Source: Gemmatimonadota bacterium
GTDB lineage: Bacteria > Gemmatimonadota > Gemmatimonadetes > Longimicrobiales > RSA9
NCBI GenBank assembly: GCA_040905425.1
Contig: JBBDRO010000072.1
Coordinates: 1 to 25,989 of the forward strand
DNA: 25,989 nt
Direction: 5' to 3'
Both the position numbers and the translations under genes were made by a program. Position 1 is the first letter of the stretch, and the number at the start of each line of letters is the position of its first letter. Positions 1 through 11,254 of the stretch are shown here, one piece after another. The notes under the pieces were generated by a model. The model had not been told where the DNA came from. It was given only the letters and a program-made list of their open reading frames with translations, and made no database searches.

Positions 1-187
1 CCCGGTGTCGGGGGGCTTCGCACGTCCGGCAACCACCAGAACGGTGGCCGCGCCCGCACCACCGGCTACCTCCGGCACGGCGACCCAGCCCGTCCGGCCG
101 CTGCCCGATGCACGGCCGCGCCCGCTTTTCCTTCCGGGTCGCGGTGCGTACATTGCCCTCCCCTGCCTCACAGCCACCCTGGATTCC

Positions 188-1621
188 ATGATCGAAGCTG
201 CCGCGGCGGACGGCCCCCTCCACGTCCTGGTGGTGGATGATGAAGAACTGCTGCTGCGCAGTGCCACCCGGATCCTGGAGGCCGAGGGGTACGTGGTCAC
301 GGCTGTGACCCGCGGGCAGGAAGCGCTGGATCGCCTCCAGCGCCGGCCGTTCGATCTGCTGCTCACCGATCTGGCGCTGCCCGACGTGGACGGCATGACG
401 CTCCTGCGTGAAACGCGCTCCCTGGATACGCCACCGCTGGTGGTCATCATCACCGCGTTCGCCAGCGTGGAATCCAGCCTGGAAGCCGTCCGGAGCGGCG
501 CCTACGATTACCTGCCGAAGCCCTTCACGGCCACGCAGCTACAGGTGGTGATGGGTCGCGCCGCGGCGCAGGTCCGGCTCGAGCGGGACGTGGCGCGCCT
601 GCGCCACCAATTGAGTTCCCGCGACGGTCTGATGGGCGTGGTGGGCACCAGTGAGCCGATGCGCGCCGTGGCGGACATCGTGAGCCGCGTGGCCCCGAGC
701 AGCGCCAGCGTGCTCATCACGGGAGAGAGCGGCACGGGCAAGGAACTGGTGGCCCGCGCGCTCCATCGGGAGAGCCGCCGCGCGCAACGGCGCTTCGTTG
801 CCATCAACTGTGCCGCATTGCCCGGGCATCTGCTCGAGTCCGAACTCTTCGGCCATGAGAAGGGGGCCTTCACGGGCGCCGACAACCAGCGCCAGGGCCT
901 CCTGGAGTATGCTTCGGGGGGTACCTTCTTCCTGGACGAGATCTGCGAGATGAGCCTGGATCTGCAGGCCAAGCTGCTGCGCGTGCTGCAGGAAGGGGAG
1001 GCGCGGCGCGTGGGCGGGGAGGAGGAGCGGGCGTTGGATGTGCGCTTCATTGCCGCCACCAACCTGGATCCACGGCGGGCGGTGACGGACGGTCGGCTCC
1101 GCCAGGACCTGTTCTTCCGGCTGAACGTCGTGCCTCTGGCGCTGCCCGCACTGCGGGAGCGCCGCGATGACATTCCTCTCCTCGTGGAGCATTTTCTGCG
1201 GCGCGCGGGCGAACGCTACGAGCGGCCGGGGATGCGCGTGCTACCGGCGGCCATGGATCGGCTGATGGCCTATGGCTGGCCCGGGAACGTGCGGGAATTG
1301 CAGAACGCCGTCGAACGGATGGTGCTCATGGCCAGCCAGGAGACGCTGGGCGTGGCGCTCCTGCCCGCGGAGATCCGCGGCGGGGATGCCGCCGACGCGG
1401 CCGGCACGTCCACGTTGCATGAGCAGCCCTACCACGAGGCCAGGGGCGCGGTGGTGGCCAGCTTCGAGCGCCGCTACCTGGCGGCCCTACTGGAGGAAAC
1501 GGAGGGCAACGTATCGGAGGCGGCGCGGCGGGCTGGGATCGATCGCAAGACCATCCACCGCATGCTGGATCGCCATGGCCTGACCCGCGCGCTGGAGCCG
1601 CGGGGAGATCCGTCCATGTGA
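188..1621 (+). CDS. Sigma-54-dependent response regulator (NtrC/AtoC family; REC-AAA+-Fis-type HTH)
   Basis: REC motifs VLVVDDE, LLTDLALP, YLPKPF. Walker A GESGTGKE, intact ESELFGHEKGAFTGA, Walker B LDEI, WPGNVREL. C-terminal HTH GNVSEAARRAGIDRKTIHR. ATG at 188 chosen over the ORF's GTG at 5 because the first 61 codons are low-complexity. Confidence 0.95.
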   Translation: MIEAAAADGPLHVLVVDDEELLLRSATRILEAEGYVVTAVTRGQEALDRLQRRPFDLLLTDLALPDVDGMTLLRETRSLDTPPLVVIITAFASVESSLEAVRSGAYDYLPKPFTATQLQVVMGRAAAQVRLERDVARLRHQLSSRDGLMGVVGTSEPMRAVADIVSRVAPSSASVLITGESGTGKELVARALHRESRRAQRRFVAINCAALPGHLLESELFGHEKGAFTGADNQRQGLLEYASGGTFFLDEICEMSLDLQAKLLRVLQEGEARRVGGEEERALDVRFIAATNLDPRRAVTDGRLRQDLFFRLNVVPLALPALRERRDDIPLLVEHFLRRAGERYERPGMRVLPAAMDRLMAYGWPGNVRELQNAVERMVLMASQETLGVALLPAEIRGGDAADAAGTSTLHEQPYHEARGAVVASFERRYLAALLEETEGNVSEAARRAGIDRKTIHRMLDRHGLTRALEPRGDPSM

Positions 1622-1622
1622 G

Positions 1623-1637
1623 GTGCCGCCGCGGCAC
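1623..1637. terminator. Possible short hairpin between convergent genes
   Basis: GTGCCG-ccg-CGGCAC (6-bp stem, 3-nt loop) in the 36-nt gap between convergent stops. Only a weak T tract (gggtttc) follows. Confidence 0.2.
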
Positions 1638-1657
1638 GGGTTTCAGGTTAGCCACGG

Positions 1658-4615
1658 TCAGCGCAGCCACGCCAGCTGGAGCGCGAACAGCTCCCCGCCC
1701 ACGTCGCCGGGCAGGCCCTCACCCCGGTCGAGCAGCGCCTCGCCGCGTAGTTCCAGCGCCTGCGCCAGGCGCATCCCACCGCCCACCTGGACCCGATACA
1801 CGTCGTAATCCCAGGCCGCCGTGGTACCGTCGGAGCGATGGACCGGCAGAAAGTGCATCCCGCCGATGCGGCTGGCTACCCACGCGCCCGGAGCCACCTT
1901 GGCCTTCACCTCGCCATACCATCCGATCTCGGTGGGGTCATCCACAACGTTGGGCACTTCCCAGCGATCCATCAGGGCCTCCGCACGCAGTTCGATCCAT
2001 CCCCGACTCCAGCGGGCCTGGAGCGCAACGATCTCCTGATCGTAATCCCCCGCGTCGAAGTAGGCGCCAGCGTAGCCCGCGGGGACGGCCGCCTGCGGAG
2101 CCATGTAGGGCCCCCGGTTCCACGACACACCGAAATTCCAGGCCGCCGCGGGCGCGAAGCCCACATGGGCAACCCAGGAGGGTCCGGGTGCGCCGCGGCG
2201 GCCGGGATTCCACTCGGGCGGTGCGCTCGAGGGGGCAGAGTTCACCACGGCCCCGTGCAACTCCCACCGCCCGAGCGCGCCCGTTGCCAGCGCGCCGGTG
2301 GGATAGGGGACCTGCCAGACGGCGGGAGCGCCGAAGGGCCGGAAGCGGGCGGGGTCGTTCTTCCACTCGATGAACGCATCATTGGCAGCCGGCGGGAGTG
2401 CGGCCGCCACCATGGTGCGGTGATCGTAAGCCAGAGGCGGACGCAGGAGCGGATCCCCCGGTCCCAGATGGCGTGCCGCGTAGCCGCCGAAAGGAGTGGC
2501 GAATTTGCCGATCTGCAGCGTCAACGGCACACCCCTGATCGGCGTCGCGCGGATGAAGGCCTGGTCGATGCGGAGTTCGAAGGGCCGCGCCCCCGGCGTT
2601 TCGCCCCGATCCAGCCGGGGCTCCACGAGGACATAGACCCGGTCGCCCGCGAACATGTCCACGAAAAGACGCACCCGCGGTGCCAGGAACGGATCCCGTT
2701 CGGCCAGCAGCCCGGCAGGTGCGGCGCGGGCCATGTAGGCCTGCACTTCCAGGGTACCCGAGACGGCCGCTTCGAACATGCCATCCGGAGACCGCACGCG
2801 GACCTCCGGCGGGGGCGGGAGCTGGGCGGTCGCGGGGACCGCGCCCAGCAGGGCGAGCACCAGCGTGGCCACAGCAATGCCCCTCACCCCGGCGGTCGTG
2901 CCGGCGCTGGCCTGCGTGCCGTCTACCGCGAATACGTGTACCACACGGGACAGGCCCTTGAGCGTGCGCTGCGGCATGGGGCGCGTGCGGATCCCGCTTA
3001 CGCGTTCGCAGGTGGCCGCGGAGGCCAGGATCTCGCCGGGCGCCGCCGCGGAGCAGAGGCGCGCGGCCACGTTGACCGCTTCGCCCAGAACGGTGTAGTT
3101 CAGCCTGCGCTCGGAGCCCATGTTGCCGGCCACCGCCACACCCGTGTTCACACCGATGCCCACGTCGATACCGGCCTCGCCTCGCGCCTCCCGGCGGCGT
3201 GAGATCTCGGCCACGGCCGCACGGATGCGCAGGGCGGCGCGGAGCGCGCGCGCGGGATCATCCGGGCGCGCGATGGGCGCGCCGAAGATGGCCATCACCT
3301 CGTCGCCTACGTACTTGTCCACCACGCCACCCTCTGCCTCCACGGCGGCGCTCGCGTGCTCCATGATCTCGTTCAGCATACCGATGACCGCCTGGGGCTC
3401 CATGCCCTCGGTGATGGTGCTGAAGCCGCGAATATCGGCGAAGACGGTGGTCACCTCCCGGTTCTCACCCCCCAGCACGATGTCTCCCTTCAGCATCTCC
3501 GCGGCCACGTCGGGAGAGACCACCTTGTCCAGCACACCCCGGTACTGCTCCTTGAGCATCAGGCCCTCGGCCATCTCGTTGAAGGAGGCGGCCAGGTCCC
3601 CGAGTTCGTCGCGGGAGCGGACGTTGACCCTGGCGGCATAATCCCCCGCTGCCACCCGGCCGGTGGCCGCCACGAGCGCCCGGACGGGCCGGGCCAGGCC
3701 GCGGGAGATGACCGTGGCGAAGAGCGCGGCAAAGAACAGCGCCGCCACGGCGGCCAGCCGGATGGCGCCGCGGATGCGCTCGAAGGGGGCCAGGATGGCA
3801 TCCAGCGGAATGGCCAGCACCCGCCAGGCGTCGCCCGCCGGCGGCAGGGAATCCGCCACCAGGGTCCACGCCGAGCCGTCCGGCCCCTCCACCTCGGAGC
3901 GCCCCCCGGTGCGGGACGCCGCCACCAGAGCGTCCGCCGTGATGGGATCCTCGGGGCCGAGCGTCCCGGCTACGCAGGCGCTCCCCGCCACGAAGCAGAC
4001 CTCGCCACCGAGCGCCTGTCCGAGCGAGGCCGCGGCCCGGTCGTCGATCGCGGTGCCGAGGGCCAGAAAGCCGATCGGCTCCTCCACCACGCGCATCAGC
4101 GTGGCGTGCACGCCGTAAACCCGGCCGTCCACCACGTGGAAGCCGAACCCCACCGTATCGCCGCGTGCCACCATCCCATCCAGGAGCGCCAGGGGCACCG
4201 CGGGGGCGGCGTCATCCATGGCGTGCAGCCCCTCCACCGCGGCCACGGGGGCGCCGTCCAGTCCGGCGAACGCCACCAGCGCGGAGTCCAGGTCGGCCAG
4301 CCCCAGCTCATAGGCCGTCTCGAGGCGGAAGAAAGCGGTGTCGGGATCCAGCAGCATGGCGCTGAGCAGGGCGGGGAAGCGGTTCGAGGAGGTGAAGCGG
4401 CGGCCCACCTGCTCGAGCTGTTCCCGGCGGATGCGCACCAGTTCGTCGAACGCGCTGCGCGTGCGTGCCACGGAAGCGTCCACGAAGAGGTCCACCTGGC
4501 GGTCGGTCTCCCGGCCCACCACGGCCAGCCCCACACCCACGAGGAGGGCCACCGAGCCCAGCAGGGCGGTCAGCAGCTTCAACCGGAAGGTGGTGCGGGG
4601 GAGGCGCATCAGCAC
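1658..4615 (-). CDS. Membrane-bound class III adenylate cyclase (TM-periplasmic domain-TM-HAMP-cyclase) fused in frame to a signal-peptide-like segment and a predicted outer-membrane beta-barrel
   Basis: TM1 about aa 14-33, TM2 about aa 287-303, HAMP (PVRAL...RDELGDLAASFNEM). Cyclase residues D394 (FADIRGFS), K434 and D438 (DKYVGDE), T508, N515 and R519 (YTVLGEAVNVAARL). aa 577-597 are hydrophobic and end A-T-A. aa 598-985 have alternating amphipathic strands, a LQIGKFATPFG motif and many aromatics. Start is GTG 4615 or ATG 4609. Confidence 0.85.
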   Translation of the reverse strand: MLMRLPRTTFRLKLLTALLGSVALLVGVGLAVVGRETDRQVDLFVDASVARTRSAFDELVRIRREQLEQVGRRFTSSNRFPALLSAMLLDPDTAFFRLETAYELGLADLDSALVAFAGLDGAPVAAVEGLHAMDDAAPAVPLALLDGMVARGDTVGFGFHVVDGRVYGVHATLMRVVEEPIGFLALGTAIDDRAAASLGQALGGEVCFVAGSACVAGTLGPEDPITADALVAASRTGGRSEVEGPDGSAWTLVADSLPPAGDAWRVLAIPLDAILAPFERIRGAIRLAAVAALFFAALFATVISRGLARPVRALVAATGRVAAGDYAARVNVRSRDELGDLAASFNEMAEGLMLKEQYRGVLDKVVSPDVAAEMLKGDIVLGGENREVTTVFADIRGFSTITEGMEPQAVIGMLNEIMEHASAAVEAEGGVVDKYVGDEVMAIFGAPIARPDDPARALRAALRIRAAVAEISRRREARGEAGIDVGIGVNTGVAVAGNMGSERRLNYTVLGEAVNVAARLCSAAAPGEILASAATCERVSGIRTRPMPQRTLKGLSRVVHVFAVDGTQASAGTTAGVRGIAVATLVLALLGAVPATAQLPPPPEVRVRSPDGMFEAAVSGTLEVQAYMARAAPAGLLAERDPFLAPRVRLFVDMFAGDRVYVLVEPRLDRGETPGARPFELRIDQAFIRATPIRGVPLTLQIGKFATPFGGYAARHLGPGDPLLRPPLAYDHRTMVAAALPPAANDAFIEWKNDPARFRPFGAPAVWQVPYPTGALATGALGRWELHGAVVNSAPSSAPPEWNPGRRGAPGPSWVAHVGFAPAAAWNFGVSWNRGPYMAPQAAVPAGYAGAYFDAGDYDQEIVALQARWSRGWIELRAEALMDRWEVPNVVDDPTEIGWYGEVKAKVAPGAWVASRIGGMHFLPVHRSDGTTAAWDYDVYRVQVGGGMRLAQALELRGEALLDRGEGLPGDVGGELFALQLAWLR

Positions 4616-4621
4616 CGCGCG

Positions 4622-5281
4622 TCAGAGCTCGATGTCCACGCGCACGCTACCCTGGGCCGGTACCGTCACCCGCACCTCACGCGGCTCGGTGTCCACGTTC
4701 CACGCCACCAGCGTGTAGCTCCCGGCCGGCACGTCCGGGAGGGTGAACGTGCCGTCTTCACCGGGCACCACCCAGAAGAGATTTTCCACCACCAGAATGA
4801 CGCCGCGCATGGACTTGTGGACCTCGCAGAAGACGTGCACCACACCGGGGGCATCGAACACCATGGCCTTCGACTCGGGGTTCGGGTACCGACCGAGGTC
4901 GAAGCGCTTGGGCCTGGAATAGGAGAACACGTTGTGGTAGAAGGAGTCCTCATTGGGGAAGGTCACCTCCCCACCGATCGGCACCACGAGGAGCGGGGGC
5001 ACGAAGGCCGTGTCCCGCTGGGCCATCACTTGCGAGGCCCCCCGGGCGGGCGTCGCGCCGGGTACCACACCTTCGAGATACACCACCGTGGGGATGGCCA
5101 CCATGGTCCGCGCCGGGGCCCCGCCGTAGCGCGCCGCCACGCGGGGCGGCGGCTCGGGCGTGTAGCGCACGGTGCCGGTGATCGAGCCGCGCGGCGGGAG
5201 CTCGCGCACCGCCATCGGCCCCGCGCCGCCGAGCGTCAGGAGGGCAAGGCCGAAGATATTGAGGGACCGGGTCGTGGACAT
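4622..5281 (-). CDS. Secreted cupredoxin (type-1 copper) domain protein within a carboxypeptidase-regulatory-like beta-sandwich
   Basis: N-terminal signal-like segment. Cupredoxin pattern AFVP...GGEVTFPNED..H116NVFS...FC152EVH155KSM158. Flanking GSITGTV and DGTFTLPDVPAGSYTLVAW. GAAGGAG RBS upstream of the ATG. Confidence 0.85.
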   Translation of the reverse strand: MSTTRSLNIFGLALLTLGGAGPMAVRELPPRGSITGTVRYTPEPPPRVAARYGGAPARTMVAIPTVVYLEGVVPGATPARGASQVMAQRDTAFVPPLLVVPIGGEVTFPNEDSFYHNVFSYSRPKRFDLGRYPNPESKAMVFDAPGVVHVFCEVHKSMRGVILVVENLFWVVPGEDGTFTLPDVPAGSYTLVAWNVDTEPREVRVTVPAQGSVRVDIEL

Positions 5282-5320
5282 GCCAGACGCTCCTTCGCGC
5301 CGGGGTTCGTGGTGCCGATG

Positions 5321-5956
5321 TCAGCGTAGCCGGGGCCGATCCGGAAATGGAGCCAGGAGTGCGCGCACCGCGGCCGCCGGATCGGCAGCCGCCATGACGG
5401 CGCCCACCACGGCGGCACCGGCCGCGGCCGTGGCGGCCACCTGCGCCACGTTGGCGGGCGTGATCCCGCCGATGCCCACCACCGGAACATCGACTGCGCG
5501 GGCCACGCTGTCCAGCCGCTCGGTCCCGATACCCTCCTGGCCGGCTTCGGCTTTGGTGGTGGTGCCGAACACCGCGCCGCAGCCGATGTAGGCGGCACCG
5601 TCGGCCACGGCGCGGCGCGCCGTCTCCGGATCGTCGGTGGAATAGCCGATGAGGAACCCGGCGGGTGCCGCACGGCGCGCGGCTGCCACGGGCAGGTCAT
5701 CCGGGCCGAGGTGGGCGCCGTCGGCGCCGGCGGCGAGCGCCGCGTCCAGGCGGTCATTCACGAACAGGAGCGCGCCGTACTCCCGGATGCGCGGCAGGAG
5801 AGCCGTGGCCTGCTCGAAAAGCTCGCGCGCGGTGGCCGTCTTGTCCCGCAACTGCACGGCCGGCGCTCCCGCCGCCAGCGCCGCCTCCACGATCTCGCGC
5901 ACCTTTCGCGGTGCCGCCAGCCCTCGGTCGGTCACTACGATGAGCCGCAGGTCCAT
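5321..5956 (-). CDS. thiE: Thiamine-phosphate synthase
   Basis: QLRDK, VNDRLDAA, GAHLGPDD, YIGCGAVFGTTTK and VGIGGITP motifs; 211 aa. Confidence 0.92.
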   Translation of the reverse strand: MDLRLIVVTDRGLAAPRKVREIVEAALAAGAPAVQLRDKTATARELFEQATALLPRIREYGALLFVNDRLDAALAAGADGAHLGPDDLPVAAARRAAPAGFLIGYSTDDPETARRAVADGAAYIGCGAVFGTTTKAEAGQEGIGTERLDSVARAVDVPVVGIGGITPANVAQVAATAAAGAAVVGAVMAAADPAAAVRALLAPFPDRPRLR

Positions 5957-5962
5957 GGCGCG

Positions 5963-6967
5963 TCAGCGGTTGCCGCTGGTGGCGGCCTGCTCACGGCGTA
6001 TCTCGGCGCGCGCCCGGTTGTGCTCCTCCAGGGAGCGCGTGAAGACGTGGCTGCCGTCCGGCCGCGCCACGAAGTAGAGCGCCGGGTCATTCGCCGGATT
6101 CAGCGTGGCGTCGATCCCCCGCGCGCTCGGCGAGGCAATGGGGCCGGGCGGCAGGCCGGCAATCCGATACGTGTTGTACGGGTGATCGGCCACACTGTCG
6201 ATGTGGGCGTAGAGGAGGCGCGCCTGGTGCTCGCCGAGCGCGTACTGCACAGTGGGATCGGCCTGCAGGGGAAGGCCGATGCGGAGCCGGTTGTGGTAGA
6301 CCGCCGCGATACGGGGCATCTCCACCGCCAGCTTGGCCTCCCATTCCACGATCGAAGCCAGCGTGACCACCTCGCGCTCGCTCATGCCCAGTGAATCGGC
6401 GCGGGCGCGGCGCTCCGGCGTCCATACCTGCTTGTAGGCGGCGACCATGGCGTCCACGACGGAGGCGAGCGGCGCGTCCACGGGCACGGTGTACGTGGCG
6501 GGGTAGAGATAACCCTCCAGCGTGGGGCCGGGGACGTCCCAACGCCGGGCGGCCGCCGTATCCATGAGGACGGCGAAGACGCTGTCCTCCTCCAGCCCGG
6601 TGGCCAGGGCAATGCGCGGGGCAATGCGCTCCAGGTCGGATGCCTCGGGCACCACCACGCGCGCCGTCAGCACGTCGCCCGCCTCCAGCCTGGTCAGGAC
6701 CTGCCCCCAGGTGGTGCCTGGACGGAATTCGTAGGTGCCCGGTTGGATGCGCGTGGCCGCGCCACTCAGGCGCGCGTAGACGCGGAAGAGCGGGGGCGCC
6801 TCCACGATGTCGTGCGCGGCCAGCGAATCGGTGACCTGGCCGAAGGAAGCGCCCTGCGGCACGAGTATGCGTACGGGTTCCCCCTGGCCCTGCCCGCTGC
6901 ACCCGGTCACGAGAAGCCCGACGGCCACGCATACACCCGCCGTGACATGTCTGATGTTCTGCTGCAC
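5963..6967 (-). CDS. mltG: Endolytic peptidoglycan transglycosylase MltG (YceG family)
   Basis: LEGYLYPATY, LASIVEWEA (catalytic Glu), NRLRIGLPLQADPTVQY, PYNTY, GLPPGPIASP, LYFVA. GTG at 6967 has GGAGG upstream and avoids overlap with ruvX. Confidence 0.95.
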   Translation of the reverse strand: MQQNIRHVTAGVCVAVGLLVTGCSGQGQGEPVRILVPQGASFGQVTDSLAAHDIVEAPPLFRVYARLSGAATRIQPGTYEFRPGTTWGQVLTRLEAGDVLTARVVVPEASDLERIAPRIALATGLEEDSVFAVLMDTAAARRWDVPGPTLEGYLYPATYTVPVDAPLASVVDAMVAAYKQVWTPERRARADSLGMSEREVVTLASIVEWEAKLAVEMPRIAAVYHNRLRIGLPLQADPTVQYALGEHQARLLYAHIDSVADHPYNTYRIAGLPPGPIASPSARGIDATLNPANDPALYFVARPDGSHVFTRSLEEHNRARAEIRREQAATSGNR

Positions 6968-6974
6968 GATGCCG

Positions 6975-7394
6975 CTACCTCCGGTCCAACCAGCTCTGCA
7001 GGATGAGCACGGCCGCGGCGGTATCGACCCGCTCCTTGCGCTCGCGCTCGGTCTTGGACAGCCCCAGGGAACGAACCGCCCGCTCGGCCGCCGCGGAGGT
7101 GAAGCGCTCGTCGATGTAGTGCACGGGAACGCCGGCCCGCTCGCCCACCCGGTCACCGAAGGCACGCACTTCAGCCGTCCACGCGTCCTCCTCACCCTGG
7201 CTGTCCAGCGGCAGGCCCACGACCACCGCCGCCGCGCCGTGCTCCTCCACCAGCTCCACCAGCGTCCCTACCGGCGGCCGCTTGCCGCGGCGCCGCAGCA
7301 GAAAGGGCAACGGCTGCGCCAGGGTGGCGGTGGGATCGCTCACCGCCAGCCCGATGCGTCGCAAGCCGTAGTCCACGCCGAGAATGCGTGCCAT
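6975..7394 (-). CDS. ruvX: YqgF/RuvX RNase H-like nuclease (pre-16S rRNA nuclease / putative Holliday junction resolvase)
   Basis: ILGVDYGLRRIGLAVSD, VVVGLPL, IDERFTS, VDTAAAVLILQSWL; 139 aa; adjacent to mltG. Confidence 0.95.
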   Translation of the reverse strand: MARILGVDYGLRRIGLAVSDPTATLAQPLPFLLRRRGKRPPVGTLVELVEEHGAAAVVVGLPLDSQGEEDAWTAEVRAFGDRVGERAGVPVHYIDERFTSAAAERAVRSLGLSKTERERKERVDTAAAVLILQSWLDRR

Positions 7395-7416
7395 GAGAGC
7401 GGCTGCGGAGCCGTGC

Positions 7417-7970
7417 TCAGCGGAGGGCGGCGATGGCGGCGTCGGCGTCGCGGCCTGCCAGGATACGACGGTGGATGGCCTGCATTGTCTCGGGAGCGCC
7501 GAAGAGGAAGCGGCAGCGCTCGGCGCCTGCGGAGCGGCACGCCACCTCGAGCACGGCGGTGTCCCGACCCGCGGCCCGCGTGAGCAGCGCCGCCAGGATG
7601 CCGGTCGTGAAGAAGCAGCTGGGACGGGCGGCGCCGCTGTCCACGTCCGCTTCCAGCCAGCTGTCGGCGCTCAATTCGCCCACGCCGGGGTGCAGCGCGG
7701 CGTGGCGCAGGCGCCCCCACCCGCGGGTGGAGAGGAGCTGGTCCAGCCGGGCAAAGAAATGGCCCATGCCCAGCGCCGCCGGCGCCTGGTCCGCGGCCAT
7801 GGCCGGAAAGAGCGCGTGGCCGGCCGCACAGCCGGCTACCTGTAGCGCCCGGGCTGCGGTGTCCCCGTCCAGCTCCGCCGCGAGTGTGCGCCGCAGCGCC
7901 GCCAGCGCGCCCGCCGGCAGGGCCACTTCACGTGCACGTATGGGTCTGGGCTGCGTGGTCTGGGGCTGCA

Positions 7971-7971
<1 letters not shown>
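7417..7971 (-). CDS. Standalone V4R (4-vinyl reductase / XylR-like sensor) domain protein
   Basis: RGWG motif followed by SCFFTTGILAALL...VLEVACRSAGAERCRF (C/E/C/C pattern of V4R). ATG overlaps the ligA stop (TGATG). Confidence 0.85.
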
Positions 7972-11035
<3,064 letters not shown>

Positions 11036-11189
11036 TGTGCGGCGCCGCGGGGGCGCTGGGCGTCAGGACCCGGCCGTGCGACCGTGCCCGGATCTGCTGT
11101 CCGGGTGCGTGCGAGCATCCCGGCGAACCCTGCTGCCGTCTGCACGGAGGGTGCCATCCGCTGGCGGAGAGGAGAGCGGGCACGGCCGT

Positions 11190-11219
11190 TTGACGCCGAT
11201 CGCGCGCCGAATGTATGAT
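11190..11219 (+). promoter_or_regulatory. Candidate sigma-70 promoter for the ytxH-otsA run
   Basis: TTGACG (11190-11195), 18-nt spacer, TATGAT (11214-11219); each box 5/6 to consensus in a GC-rich intergenic region. Confidence 0.55.
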
Positions 11220-11239
11220 CCGGGCACGGGACGGGGCAA
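11210..11239 (-). promoter_or_regulatory. Candidate sigma-70 promoter for the diguanylate cyclase-ligA run
   Basis: On the minus strand: TTGCCC (11239-11234), 18-nt spacer, TACATT (11215-11210). Confidence 0.3.
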
Positions 11240-11254
11240 CCAGCTCTCGTGGCC

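Noticed and set aside
5..187. N-terminal extension of the sigma-54 activator from GTG 5
   Set aside because: Pro/Ala-rich low-complexity sequence before the REC domain. It contains an AT-richer patch (TACATT 149-154) more consistent with a promoter region.
1838..5329. 454-aa and 657-aa plus-strand ORFs (1838-3202, 3356-5329)
   Set aside because: Antisense shadows of the cyclase fusion and cupredoxin, with His/Gly/Arg-rich non-protein-like composition.
5282..5962. TPP riboswitch or thiamine operon around thiE
   Set aside because: thiE starts 6 nt after the mltG stop, leaving no room for a leader, and no other thi genes are present.
6968..7195. ORF-track extensions of mltG (from 7195), and likewise otsA (from 11393) and the PilT-like gene (from 20861)
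   Set aside because: They overlap ruvX, ytxH and mgtC respectively in other frames; downstream starts match the family N-termini.
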